A stretch of DNA of 64,000 nucleotides from Alphaproteobacteria bacterium (GTDB lineage Bacteria; Pseudomonadota; Alphaproteobacteria; UBA9219), in NCBI GenBank assembly GCA_041908065.1, contig JAYRGC010000050.1, positions 21,718 through 85,717 on the forward strand. Reading direction: 5' to 3'. Made by a program: the position numbers and the translations under genes. This document shows, one piece after another, positions 1 to 9,452 of the stretch (the first letter of the stretch is position 1; every line of letters begins with the position of its first letter). A model generated the notes under the pieces. That model was not told where the DNA came from. It did no database searches and worked only from the letters and a program-made list of their open reading frames with translations.

Positions 1-29
1 GGGTGGGTAATTTGGCCGAGAATAGCAGC

Positions 30-118
30 AGCAAACAACGTCATTGCGAGCCGCCAAGGGGCGGCTCGCAATGACGGCCTTTGGCCGTATCCACCCGTTT
101 TGCGTAAGAGCCAGATTT
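30..118. repeat. Copy (partial, at window edge) of a nested-palindrome interspersed repeat element (cattgcgagccgcc...ggcggctcgcaatgac; ttttgcgtaagagcc tail)
   Basis: Same palindromic modules recur at 940-1300 and 61975-62262; seen directly in sequence. Confidence 0.6.
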
Positions 119-251
119 TTTAAGTGACAATCGGCGCGTTTGGGTATAGGTTCGGCACTGTTCGGTAGCCGCCTTGGTTTCCGACACTTTTTTCCGCAAG
201 CGTTCCCTCGCCAAATTCGCCATCCGCAACCATCCCACCAAAGAGGATAAA

Positions 252-827
252 ATGGCCAAGCCAATGTCCAATCCGTTCCTAGAAATGGATATGTCGAAGA
301 TCATGAGCATGTCGCCGATGATGGACATGTCCAAGATGATGGATTTTGCGAAATCCATGCCGATGATGGACATGTCAAAAATGATGGAAATGGCCAAGTC
401 CATGCCGATGCCGATGCAAATGCCAGAGATGATGCAATCGATGGCGATGCCGAACATGGACATGGAATCCATGATGTCGGTGTGGCGCAAGAACGTCGAA
501 GCCGTGGCCGCCGCCAACCAGATGATGTGCGAAAGCGGACAGGCCATCGTCCAAGGGCAGGTCGACATGGCCAGACAGGGGTTCGAAACCATGTCGGGCA
601 TGATGCAGTCGATGATGGCCACACAAAACCCGTCCGAGCGCATGGCAAAGCAAGCCGAAGCCACCAAAACGGTGATGGATCGCTGCATCACCGGCATGAA
701 GGACATGACCGACACAGTGGCTCGCAACCAATACCAAGCCATGGAAGTCATGGGAACCCGCGTTTGCGAAGGGCTGGACGAGATGCAACGCTGCATGACG
801 CCGACAGGCAAGGCCAACGCGGCCTGA
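252..827 (+). CDS. Phasin-family (PHA granule-associated) protein with extremely Met-rich N-terminal repeat region
   Basis: RBS AAGAGGA before ATG 252; C-terminal half matches phasin_2 pattern (NVEAVAAANQ...QGFE...NPSERMAKQAEATK); N-terminal ~70 aa are MDMSKMM/MPMPMQMPEMM repeats. Confidence 0.65.
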   Translation: MAKPMSNPFLEMDMSKIMSMSPMMDMSKMMDFAKSMPMMDMSKMMEMAKSMPMPMQMPEMMQSMAMPNMDMESMMSVWRKNVEAVAAANQMMCESGQAIVQGQVDMARQGFETMSGMMQSMMATQNPSERMAKQAEATKTVMDRCITGMKDMTDTVARNQYQAMEVMGTRVCEGLDEMQRCMTPTGKANAA

Positions 828-939
828 ACTGACTTCTCTGCCGTTAGTTCGAGAGTCCGGCTATTGAACGAAATAGCTCTTACGTAAAGCGATTGATTAA
901 TTTGGTCGCTAGAATCGGCGGCAGGTGCCGTTGTTGCAA

Positions 940-1300
940 GGCATACGGCCAAAGGCCGTCATGCGAGCCGACACAACTTAGTTTGGACAGCGTTAAACGC
1001 TGTCGTGCGGCGAAGCAATCCAGAGACATCGAATAACGACTCTGGATTGCTTCGGGGCGTTAAGAACGCCCCTCGCAATGACAACGTCGCTGTCATTTGC
1101 GAACCTCCACTCGGGTTTTAGGCGTCATTGCGAGCCGCCTTCTTCAGGCGGCGAAGCAATCCAGCGCAACAGGCGCAGCTGCTCTGGATTGCTTCGCCGC
1201 ACGACAGCGTTTAACGCTGTCCAAACCAAAGGTTGCGGCTCGCAGACAGCCTTTGGCTGTACCCTCGCAATGACGCTCATTTTAGGTAAGAGCCTGTTTT
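940..1300. repeat. Compound interspersed repeat: several nested palindromes (ggccaaaggccgtcat.gcgagccg; ggcgaagcaatccag...ctggattgcttcgcc; gacagcgtttaacgctgtc) between phasin and mutL
   Basis: Multiple perfect inverted repeats; modules shared with 30-118 and 61975-62262. Confidence 0.65.
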
Positions 1301-1309
1301 TGTCGGTTC

Positions 1310-3109
1310 CTATCTCCGGTCGAACAGCTTTTCCAGATCCGACAGCTTCAGCTCGACGTAGGTCGGTCGGCCATGGTTGCATTGGCCGCTGTTGGGGGTG
1401 GATTCCATTTGCCTAAGCAGCGCGTTCATTTCCTCGACGTTCAAGGCGCGGCCTGAACGCACCGATCCGTGGCATGCCATCGAAGCGCAGACCTTTTCCA
1501 TTTTTTCCCGCAACGCTCCCGATTGCCCGTTTTCGGCCAGTTCCTCGGCCAGATCGCGCAGCAATACTTTGACGTCGGCTTGCCCGATTATGGACGGGGT
1601 TTCCCGCACCAGAATCGAGCCGGAGCCGAACGGCTCGACCGCCAGCCCGAACCGCGCCAGCTCGGCGGAGTTTTCCAGAATCCTCGCGCTGTCGGATTCT
1701 GTCATGTCCACGACCGCCGGAACCAGCAAGGCTTGCCGCGCCACCTTTCCTTCTAGCAAATCGCGCTTCATCCTTTCATAGACTATGCGCTCGTGGGCGG
1801 CGTGCTGATCGACTATCACCACCCCGTCTTGCGTCTGCGCCACGATAAAAGTTCCGTGCACCTGCGCTACCGCCGCGCCTAAACGACCTATCGCCGCTCC
1901 GCGCTCTCCGCCGGAGACGCCAGCCGTCGCGTCGTTATCATCAGCGCTTGCGGCTTGGGCGCGAGCCAAAGGCGGAAAATCCGCCGCCGCGCCGAAGCCG
2001 AAGGCAGAATGTTCGGAAAATCCGGCAGACGACGGCGGCGAATAAGACGGAGTGGAAAACGGCGAGGTTCGGGGTTGCAGCATCCCCAACGCTTGCGGGG
2101 CCAAGGCGTTAGCGGTGAACCCCGCCGCCCCTTCCAACGCGCGGCGCACGCCGCTGACGATTATGCCGCGCGCCGCCGCCGCGTCGCGAAACCGCACCTC
2201 GGTCTTAGCGGGATGGACGTTGACATCGACATCGCGAGCCGGAATCTCCAGAAAAAGCACTGCCGCCGGATGCCGACCGGCCGGCAGAACGTCGCCGTAA
2301 GCCCCGCGCACGGCGGACATCAGGACGCGATCCCGCACCGGCCTGCCGTTGACGAAAAGATATTGCTCCCGCGTCGTGGGACGGTTCCACGTCGGCAAAC
2401 CCGCCCTTCCCCGCAGCTTCATGCCCTCGCGCTCCAGACCGACCTCGACCGAATTGGCGGCGAATTCCTCCCCTAAAACGGCGGCGATCCGCGACGAAGC
2501 GTCGGATGCGGGGGAAAAACGCGCCGGACGGCGGTCGTCCTCGCGCAGGATGAACTCGACCTGCGGATGGGACAAGGCCAGCCGTTCCACGGCTTCGCGG
2601 GCGGCATCAGCCTCGGTGCGAGGCGATTTCAGGAACTTCAGGCGGGCGGGCGTGGCAAAAAACAGATCGCGCGCTTCGATGGTCGTGCCGCGCCCGTCTC
2701 GCGCCGTGGGAACCGGATCGCCGACTTTGCCGCCTTCGACCGTCAACTCCCATGCCTCAAGGCCGCCTCCGGCGCGACTGGCTATGGAAAGTCGCGCCAC
2801 CGCGCCGATGGACGGCAGAGCCTCGCCGCGAAAACCGAAGCTGTGAATGTTCCAAAGATCCTCGTCGGGGAGTTTGGACGTGGCGTGCCTTTCGACAGAT
2901 AAAAGCAGCTCGTCCCTGTCCATGCCGCACCCGTCGTCGGCCACCGCCGTAAGCGACAGTCCGCCGCCGCGCAAGGTGATCTCGATGCGCGAGGCTTGGG
3001 CGTCCAGAGCGTTTTCGACCAGCTCCTTAACCACGGCTGAGGGGCGTTCTATCACCTCTCCCGCCGCAATGCGGTTGACCATCTGTTCGGAAAGGCGACG
3101 GAGTTTCAT
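1310..3109 (-). CDS. mutL: DNA mismatch repair protein MutL
   Basis: N-terminal GHKL ATPase motifs (RIAAGEVIERPSAVVKELVENALDA, DDGCGM) and conserved C-terminal dimerization/endonuclease end (CNHGRPTYVELKLSDLEKLF). Confidence 0.9.
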   Translation of the reverse strand: MKLRRLSEQMVNRIAAGEVIERPSAVVKELVENALDAQASRIEITLRGGGLSLTAVADDGCGMDRDELLLSVERHATSKLPDEDLWNIHSFGFRGEALPSIGAVARLSIASRAGGGLEAWELTVEGGKVGDPVPTARDGRGTTIEARDLFFATPARLKFLKSPRTEADAAREAVERLALSHPQVEFILREDDRRPARFSPASDASSRIAAVLGEEFAANSVEVGLEREGMKLRGRAGLPTWNRPTTREQYLFVNGRPVRDRVLMSAVRGAYGDVLPAGRHPAAVLFLEIPARDVDVNVHPAKTEVRFRDAAAARGIIVSGVRRALEGAAGFTANALAPQALGMLQPRTSPFSTPSYSPPSSAGFSEHSAFGFGAAADFPPLARAQAASADDNDATAGVSGGERGAAIGRLGAAVAQVHGTFIVAQTQDGVVIVDQHAAHERIVYERMKRDLLEGKVARQALLVPAVVDMTESDSARILENSAELARFGLAVEPFGSGSILVRETPSIIGQADVKVLLRDLAEELAENGQSGALREKMEKVCASMACHGSVRSGRALNVEEMNALLRQMESTPNSGQCNHGRPTYVELKLSDLEKLFDRR

Positions 3110-3270
3110 GATAAAATTTAGTTACGATGAATTGCGCCGCTTGTCCATATTCGCGGATGCCGCAGCCACAGGCGCATAGTTCTTGTTGCGGCGGATTTTC
3201 CTATGGGGCATAAACATCCCCTGAAAGGCGCGGAGCGAGCTATAACCTTCCGCCTGTCGCCAGAAACAAT

Positions 3271-3350
<80 letters not shown>

Positions 3351-3361
3351 GTTTTTTGCCT

Positions 3362-4507
3362 TTAATTTCCCCTTGGGTCCGAGGGTTCGCCGTCGCAACG
3401 CCATTCGAAGTACATTTCGGGGCGGCGGGCGGACGCGCCTTTGGCGGGCAGGTTGCCCAACGGCTCTCCCACCGCGACCTTTTGTCCGACGTCGGCGTCG
3501 ATGCGGCCAAATCCGGCCAAGAGGCTGTGGCAACCTCCGTCGTGCTGGATAATGACCATCTGTCCGTAACCGCGAAACGGTCCGGTGAACATCACCCGTC
3601 CGTCGCGCGGTGACACCACGGTGGCCGACGGGGCGGCGGCTATCGACAGGCCTTGGCTGGCCACGCCGTCGCCGTCCTTTTCCCCGTATCCCCGCGACAC
3701 GTTTCCGGAAACCGGCATCCGCAGCCCCGCCTTGAGCGAGCCGCCCTCCCGTCCGGCGCGGGCGGATTTTCCGGCTCCGGCGGCGGCGCGGTTCACCCGT
3801 TCCAAAAGTTGCCGCAAGTCTCCGGCCTCCTTGGACAGCTCGGCCAACTGGCGTTCCGCCTCCTCGCGTTGGGCTGCGGTTTTCCTGACGGTTCCCTGCC
3901 GGATGCGGATCATGCGATCGAGGCTGTCGCGCTGTTTTTCCAGATTGGCTCCGGCCAGCTTCACGGCCTCGCGCTGCGCCGCCAAGGAGGCGCGCATCTC
4001 CTCCAACCTTTCCAATTCTCCCGCCAGCCTTGCGGTTTCCTCGCGCAGCCACGGAACCAGACGGCGCAGGACTATGGAACGATGCACGTTGTCGGTTATC
4101 GAATCCGTGTGCGGCAGCAGCGTTTCCGGCGGCTGCCGCGCCATCCGCAGCATGGCGGAGGTCAAAATCGCCAGCCGCTCCTCGGCTCCTATCAGCGCGG
4201 TTTCACCGGCTTTCGTTTCCTTCTCCAGCGTCGCCAGTTTTTCCTCCAGCAGTTCTTGCTCTTCCTGCTTGTCCTGAATTTCCTTCGTCGCCCTTACCAG
4301 ACGCGCCTTCAGGGCTTCGAGGTCAACCGAGGCCGATCTTTCCATTTGCTCCAACGCTTGGGATTCCGATCGCTGCCGCGCCAGTTCCTCCTCCACGGCG
4401 CGCAAGCCGTCGACGGACGGGGACTGGGTCGCGGCCGACGCAGGCCACGCGCCGCACAGCGCGGCCATAAGGACGCCCAACGCTCCGATCGCTTTCGCCG
4501 TTTTCAT
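3362..4507 (-). CDS. M23-family peptidase with long coiled-coil N-terminal region (EnvC-like murein hydrolase activator), signal peptide
   Basis: N-terminal signal peptide ([26 protein letters not shown]), long coiled-coil, C-terminal LytM/M23 domain ([37 protein letters not shown]). Confidence 0.75.
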   Translation of the reverse strand: MKTAKAIGALGVLMAALCGAWPASAATQSPSVDGLRAVEEELARQRSESQALEQMERSASVDLEALKARLVRATKEIQDKQEEQELLEEKLATLEKETKAGETALIGAEERLAILTSAMLRMARQPPETLLPHTDSITDNVHRSIVLRRLVPWLREETARLAGELERLEEMRASLAAQREAVKLAGANLEKQRDSLDRMIRIRQGTVRKTAAQREEAERQLAELSKEAGDLRQLLERVNRAAAGAGKSARAGREGGSLKAGLRMPVSGNVSRGYGEKDGDGVASQGLSIAAAPSATVVSPRDGRVMFTGPFRGYGQMVIIQHDGGCHSLLAGFGRIDADVGQKVAVGEPLGNLPAKGASARRPEMYFEWRCDGEPSDPRGN

Positions 4508-4529
4508 GCGTTCCTCATGGGTCTTCGAG

Positions 4530-6086
4530 TTAGGCGTTCGCCGGTACTATAAGGCTATTCCCGTCCATCTCCTCGGGTTTGTCCAGCCCCATAATCTCCA
4601 GCATTGTCGGGGCTACGTCGGCCAGTTTGCCGTCGCGCAGCGATTTGATTCCGGCAGGAGGATTTATCAACGCCACCGGAACGCGCTCCAGCGTATGCGC
4701 GGTATGGGGCGCGCCGCTCAAGGGATCCTTCATGGTTTCGCAATTCCCGTGATCCGCAGTCAGGACGATGAAACCGCCGCGTTCTTTCACCGCCTCGGCC
4801 AAGCGACCCAAGCATTCGTCTACCGTCTCGACCGCCTTTATCGCGGCCTCCAAAGATCCGGTATGCCCCACCATGTCGGGGTTGGCGTAGTTCATCACTA
4901 TCAGATCGAACATCCCGCTTTCCACGGCCTTGACCGCGTAGTTCGTCACTTCCCGCGCCGACATTTCCGGTTGCAGATCGTAGGTCGCCACCTTGGGCGA
5001 CTGCACCATTATGCGCTCCTCGCCCGCGTAAGGCTCCTCCCGTCCGCCGTTGAAGAAAAAAGTGACGTGCGGATATTTTTCGGTCTCGGCCAAGCGCAGC
5101 TGCCGCATTCCGGCGGCGGAAACCAATTCCCCCAAACCGTTGGCGATGGTTTTAGGAGGAAACATGGTGGCCATCAGCCCGTTCAGGCGGTCGGAGTATT
5201 CGACCATGCCCAAGGCCGCCGCGAAGCCGACGCGCCTCCCGCGCAGAAAGCCCGGGAAATCGTCGTCGAGCAACGCCAGCAAAATCTCCCGCGCGCGATC
5301 GGCGCGGAAGTTGGCGAACAATACGCCGTCGCCGTCTTTCATGCCGCCGTATCCGCCGATGGCTATGGGCGACAGGAATTCGTCGGTCTCGCCCGCAGCG
5401 CGCCGCACATCAACCGCCGACAGCGCGTCGTCGAAAGCCAATCCAACTCCATCCGTCAGCAAGACGTAGGCCTTTTCCACCCGATCCCATCTTTTGTCGC
5501 GATCCATGGCGAAATACCTGCCGCAGACCGTGGCCAGCTTGGCTTGGGGGGAAGATTTCAATTCATCCGACAGAAAGGACAGGTATCGGGACGCGCTTGC
5601 GGGCGGGGTGTCGCGCCCGTCGGTGAAGGCGTGCACGGCCACCGCGACCCCGCTGCGGGATATTATCCGCGCCAGCGCCGCGATATGCCGCTGGTGCGAG
5701 TGGACTCCGCCGTCCGAGAGCAAGCCCATCAAATGGCAGGTTCCCCCGCTTTGCTTGAGCTTGGATATGAAGTCGGTCAAAGCGGGATTTTTCTCCAGCT
5801 CGCCCATGGCCAAAGCGCGGTCGATCATGGGCAGATCCTGAAACACCACCCGCCCCGCGCCGAGGTTCATGTGCCCGACCTCGGAATTGCCCATCTGGCC
5901 TGCGGGAAGCCCCACATGTTCTTCCGAAGCGTCCAGCAGAGCGTGAGGGCTTTCAGCCATTATTCGGCGGAAATTAGGGGCATTGGACGACGCCACCGCG
6001 TTGTCCGCCCCCCCTTCGCGATGCCCCCATCCGTCCATCACGCACAACACGGCAGGACGGGGAAAATTGCGCTTGTCAGTTTTCAT
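4530..6086 (-). CDS. gpmI: 2,3-bisphosphoglycerate-independent phosphoglycerate mutase
   Basis: PAVLCVMDGWGHREGGADNAV...SEVGHMNLGAGRVVFQDL; start trimmed to MKTDKRNF (ATG at 6084-6086) from a longer spurious upstream extension. Confidence 0.9.
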   Translation of the reverse strand: MKTDKRNFPRPAVLCVMDGWGHREGGADNAVASSNAPNFRRIMAESPHALLDASEEHVGLPAGQMGNSEVGHMNLGAGRVVFQDLPMIDRALAMGELEKNPALTDFISKLKQSGGTCHLMGLLSDGGVHSHQRHIAALARIISRSGVAVAVHAFTDGRDTPPASASRYLSFLSDELKSSPQAKLATVCGRYFAMDRDKRWDRVEKAYVLLTDGVGLAFDDALSAVDVRRAAGETDEFLSPIAIGGYGGMKDGDGVLFANFRADRAREILLALLDDDFPGFLRGRRVGFAAALGMVEYSDRLNGLMATMFPPKTIANGLGELVSAAGMRQLRLAETEKYPHVTFFFNGGREEPYAGEERIMVQSPKVATYDLQPEMSAREVTNYAVKAVESGMFDLIVMNYANPDMVGHTGSLEAAIKAVETVDECLGRLAEAVKERGGFIVLTADHGNCETMKDPLSGAPHTAHTLERVPVALINPPAGIKSLRDGKLADVAPTMLEIMGLDKPEEMDGNSLIVPANA

Positions 6087-6246
6087 GCTCAAAACCGTTC
6101 GAATGCGTTGACGACGACGGGATACGTTTAGCGCATTTTGCCGTCGCCGCCAAAGAACCTTGTCGCGACAAGGTGGACGCGACGGCTCGGTTGTGCTTGT
6201 CTCTGGACGTCGTCGCCTCTCCTCGCCCGCAAATAGGAAACGTTCC

Positions 6247-7059
6247 ATGTTTTTCCCGCCCAACCTAGGCCCGCAATTCGTCGCGGTCATAGATCCCATA
6301 ATGAAATCCGACGCGCCGGATCATATCCGCATGATGAACGCTTGGAGCATGTTGAACGGCTTGCAGGGCGTGGTCTTAAGCCAGATGATTCGTAATCGCA
6401 TGGGCGAAAACGTCTTGGCCGGACCGTTTAGCGGGATGCGGCTGACCAAGGAAGCTCTGTCCGGCCATTTCGCGCCCGCCCTTTTGGGCAGCTACGAATG
6501 GGAGCTGCACGACACCATCGAAAAGGTCATAGCCCATCAGTACAAGCAGGTGCTGAACATCGGCTGTTCCTACGGCTATTACAGCGTCGGTTTGGCCAAG
6601 CGGATGCCAGAAGCGAAAGTTATGGCCTTCGACATAGATCCCATTGCCCGCGTCAAATGCGGCTCGATGATAGCCGCCAACGGGGTCGAGGGCCGCGTGA
6701 CGGTGGGCGAACGATTCAACGGCGAGGATTTCGCCCGCCTGTCGGGGCCGGAAACGCTGGTGATAATGGACATCGAAGGCGGGGAGATGGATTTGTTGAA
6801 CGTGGAATCCTATCCCGCGCTTAAGGGCATGGACGTGATAGTGGAGCTGCACGACTGCTATAATCCGGCCATATCCAAGACGATCGCCGACCGTTTCTCG
6901 GCAACTCATAAGGTGGAGATAATCCCCAACCGCCCGTTCCATTTTCCTTTGGAGAAGATTTTGGGACCGGATTACGTCCCCAATCACTTCGACGGGCTGA
7001 TCGCGACGTGGGAAGGCCGATCCGGCCCCACCCCATGGGCGGTGATGCGGCGTAGGTGA
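6247..7059 (+). CDS. Class I SAM-dependent methyltransferase (FkbM-like?)
   Basis: Gly-rich SAM motif NIGCSYGYYSVGLA followed by acidic FDIDP; start chosen at ATG 6247 after AGGAAA. Confidence 0.45.
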   Translation: MFFPPNLGPQFVAVIDPIMKSDAPDHIRMMNAWSMLNGLQGVVLSQMIRNRMGENVLAGPFSGMRLTKEALSGHFAPALLGSYEWELHDTIEKVIAHQYKQVLNIGCSYGYYSVGLAKRMPEAKVMAFDIDPIARVKCGSMIAANGVEGRVTVGERFNGEDFARLSGPETLVIMDIEGGEMDLLNVESYPALKGMDVIVELHDCYNPAISKTIADRFSATHKVEIIPNRPFHFPLEKILGPDYVPNHFDGLIATWEGRSGPTPWAVMRRR

Positions 7060-7110
7060 AAGGTTGACGCAATCCGGCGAAACGGTTAAAGCATCGCATC
7101 TGATGTTGCC

Positions 7111-7185
7111 GCCGTTGTAGCTCAGCGGTAGAGCAGGGCTTTCGTAAAGCCAAGGTCGGGGGTTCAAATCCCTCCAACGGCACCA
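7111..7185 (+). tRNA. tRNA-Thr (anticodon CGT); integration target of the downstream element
   Basis: Acceptor gccgttg/caacggc, anticodon loop ttCGTaa, T-loop ttcaaat, CCA encoded; its 3' 45 nt are repeated at 61151-61195. Confidence 0.8.
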
Positions 7186-7186
7186 T
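7141..7186 (+). repeat. attL: 46-bp core identical to 61151-61196 (3' half of tRNA-Thr)
   Basis: ttcgtaaagccaaggtcgggggttcaaatccctccaacggcaccat present at both positions. Confidence 0.8.
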
Positions 7187-7212
7187 TTTTATGTTGGAAT
7201 ATCAAAGCAATA

Positions 7213-7247
7213 GGCGGCGGCTTCGGCCCCGCCTTTTCGCTTTTTAG
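7213..7247 (+). terminator. Rho-independent terminator candidate downstream of tRNA-Thr
   Basis: GC hairpin ggcggcggcttcggccccgcc followed by ttttcgcttttt. Confidence 0.5.
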
Positions 7248-7376
7248 CCCTGATTTTAACTTTTGGAAGCAGGTTGGAAGCAATAGGGAGCAAGTCGGAG
7301 CGAAAAATAATGCAGTTCCGGCTACGCGGGAGCACGAAGAATCTGACCGAAAAAATGGAAGCCGCGCCTTTGGGCA

Positions 7377-7916
7377 TCAGCAGTTTCTGACCACACCTAC
7401 AACGCATCCCAAGACCGCGAAGTCGTCTGAGAGGGCGATGGAGATTGGCTTATAGGCTGAATTCTCCGGCATCAACGTAATCTTGCCGCTCTTGTCGCGA
7501 CGGAAGGTTTTGACGGTGGGCTGACCGCACACGTTGGCGACGACGATCTTGCCGTTCTTCGCTTCTGCCTTGCGGTCGACAATCAGGATATCGCCGTCGA
7601 ATATTCTGGCCCCCACCATGGAGTCGCCGGTGACCTTGAGCAGGAATGTGTCCGCCGGATGCTGCACCAGCAGGCTATTGAGATTGACGCGTCCGTCGAT
7701 ATGGTCGTCGGCGAAGCCTGGCTGACCTGCTGGGACGTGCGAGGTGTAGAGGGGCAGCCTGAACCCACGCGCCTCGATGAACGAGACAACGTCTTCATAA
7801 ATGCTCATCGGCACGCGCAGAGGCTTCGTAGCCTCTCCCCATGGGCCGGTGCCTTTCGGTCGGCCTGCGCCGGGGCGCACACCGCCGTGTGAGCTTTTTG
7901 CCTTGCCTTTCTTTGC
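7377..7916 (-). CDS. S24-family peptidase (UmuD / phage CI-LexA-like autocleaving repressor C-terminal domain)
   Basis: LPLYTSHVPAG...NLNSLLVQHPADTFLLKVTGDSMVGARIFDGDILIVDR...MPENSAYKPI closely parallels UmuD; start set at GTG 7916 preceded by GGAGG (alternatives ATG 8027 or 7808). Confidence 0.6.
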   Translation of the reverse strand, partial: AKKGKAKSSHGGVRPGAGRPKGTGPWGEATKPLRVPMSIYEDVVSFIEARGFRLPLYTSHVPAGQPGFADDHIDGRVNLNSLLVQHPADTFLLKVTGDSMVGARIFDGDILIVDRKAEAKNGKIVVANVCGQPTVKTFRRDKSGKITLMPENSAYKPISIALSDDFAVLGCVVGVVRNC

Positions 7917-8088
7917 GGGTTTCTTGACCACTGCATCGCCTCCTGAAAATTGCGAAACGAAAAGAGCGCGACAAGAAAAAACAGAAAATGACAACTTATG
8001 ACATTTACAAACGATTGATTTTTTCATTGTGCCAGATTACTGTGCGCTAATCAAGCCTGATTTTCAAGCCACCTTTCTGGAGGTCAAG

Positions 8089-8757
8089 ATGAGCCTTCCC
8101 CGCCGCAATTATTTCTCTGTTTTCGAGGTCATGGCGCGTTGGGGAATCACGAACACCGACATGCGGTATTATCTTGAATCCGGCCTGTTGCAGGCACAGG
8201 TCTTGTTGGCCGAAAAACTGGTGCAGGTTTATCACCGCCTTGAGACGCCCGAGAAAGAGGAGGCCTGGATCAAGAAATTGATCATCAAGATCGATGGCTA
8301 CGTTGTGATCCAGCCCGAGCAGTTGCGGACGGTCTTTCGTTTGAAGTCGGCCCCCATCCACAAATTCAAATCCGTCGACGGCCCCGAGCATTACAAGCTG
8401 TTGCGCGAGAAAGAGATCACGCCCGTCGGTATCGAGGATCTTTGGATTTCAAGTTTGGAATGCGCCCGCGTCGAGCGCGAGCATGGAATTGCGAATGATC
8501 GTGACGCTCTCGCCAATGGATCGAAAACGGGCATTATTGCCCTGTCTGCAGGGCGACCCAGCATCATGCAGCGGATCACAGAAAGGCATCAGGAACGCAT
8601 CGGTTCAGGTGAAGCATTGCCGTCCGTGGCGGCAGAAGCCAAACTTCTGCGCAGTTGGGCGAAGGAATCCATTCCCGGCGTGCAAATCCCGTCGGTGAAA
8701 ACGATCCGGAACCAGCTCTATTCCGCAGGCGCTGAACAATCCCGAAATTGTGCCTGA
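8089..8757 (+). CDS. Hypothetical phage protein (divergent from S24 gene)
   Basis: ORF with GGAGG RBS 6 nt before ATG 8089; no recognisable domain. Confidence 0.4.
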   Translation: MSLPRRNYFSVFEVMARWGITNTDMRYYLESGLLQAQVLLAEKLVQVYHRLETPEKEEAWIKKLIIKIDGYVVIQPEQLRTVFRLKSAPIHKFKSVDGPEHYKLLREKEITPVGIEDLWISSLECARVEREHGIANDRDALANGSKTGIIALSAGRPSIMQRITERHQERIGSGEALPSVAAEAKLLRSWAKESIPGVQIPSVKTIRNQLYSAGAEQSRNCA

Positions 8758-9125
8758 AATTATGCCTGAAATTCCGCGCGCCTTTTTTATCCTGAAAAAT
8801 CAGATGCCTAAAAATAATGATTTCGGGCATAATTTCAGGCATTGACGTTTTTCTTTGGCTCATTTCCCGTTGCGCGCGGCTCACGGCTGCGCCGTTATTA
8901 TCGCGTCTTATCGCAATCGTTCGTGCTGGCGCGAGTTTTCCGAGAAGATTCCGATGATCCGACTCGAGATCACAGCCTTTTGTGGCTGCCGCGCAGTCCC
9001 GAAAAAGTGCCCGAAATTATCCCGAAATGTGCCCGAAATTACGGGCGGTCATTTTTCGCCTGTAAAATCAAGCTCCTGAAAAAATAATTTCGGGCACATT
9101 TCAGGCACTATTTCGGGCATTAAAT
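8740..9125. promoter_or_regulatory. Array of ~12 copies of an 11-12-bp motif TGCC(C/T)GAAAT(T) in two inverted clusters (operator-like multi-site region)
   Basis: cccgaaattgtgcctgaaattatgcctgaaatt / atttcgggcataatttcaggcat / gtgcccgaaattatcccgaaatgtgcccgaaatt / atttcgggcacatttcaggcactatttcgggcat, spaced about one helical turn apart. Confidence 0.55.
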
Positions 9126-9170
9126 CTGCGCTTCTTAAAGGGCCTCACGCAACGACGCGAAGAGGCTCTT

Positions 9171-9452
9171 ATGAACATCACACATCTCTCTCAATCCGAA
9201 CTGGCCACGCGGTGGCGCATCTCGATGCGAACGCTCGAACGTTGGCGCTGGCTGGGCGAAGGTCCGCGCTTCATCAAGCTCGGCGGGCGCGTCGTCTACC
9301 GCTTGTCCGACATCGAGGCGTTTGAGGCCGACAAGCTGCGCAGCAGCACGAGCCAAACCCAGCCCATCCCCGATTTCCGAAACGAATGCGCGGCTCCACC
9401 CCCCGCATCGGAACAATTTTCCCAACCGCTTCGCAGAAGGAGAGCATCATGA
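9171..9452 (+). CDS. AlpA/Xis-like helix-turn-helix DNA-binding protein
   Basis: LSQSELATRWRISMRTLERWRWLGEGPRFIKLGGRVVYRLSDIEAF is a typical AlpA/MerR-type excisionase-like HTH; the same domain occurs at the integrase C-terminus. Confidence 0.65.
   Translation: MNITHLSQSELATRWRISMRTLERWRWLGEGPRFIKLGGRVVYRLSDIEAFEADKLRSSTSQTQPIPDFRNECAAPPPASEQFSQPLRRRRAS

Noticed and set aside
41-952. 303-aa ORF on the minus strand covering the phasin locus
   Set aside because: Antisense to a well-supported phasin gene with RBS. The ORF is repetitive and low-complexity, typical of spurious open frames in GC-rich DNA. It also runs through the palindromic repeat.
4506-6131. 541-aa plus-strand ORF
   Set aside because: Exactly antisense to gpmI, which has unmistakable conservation. 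No domain content.
8842-9087. Small ORFs inside the operator-like repeat array; possible CRISPR-like array
   Set aside because: The repeats are 11-12 bp without unique spacers and occur in both orientations, so this is not CRISPR. ORFs lack RBS and merely translate the repeats.
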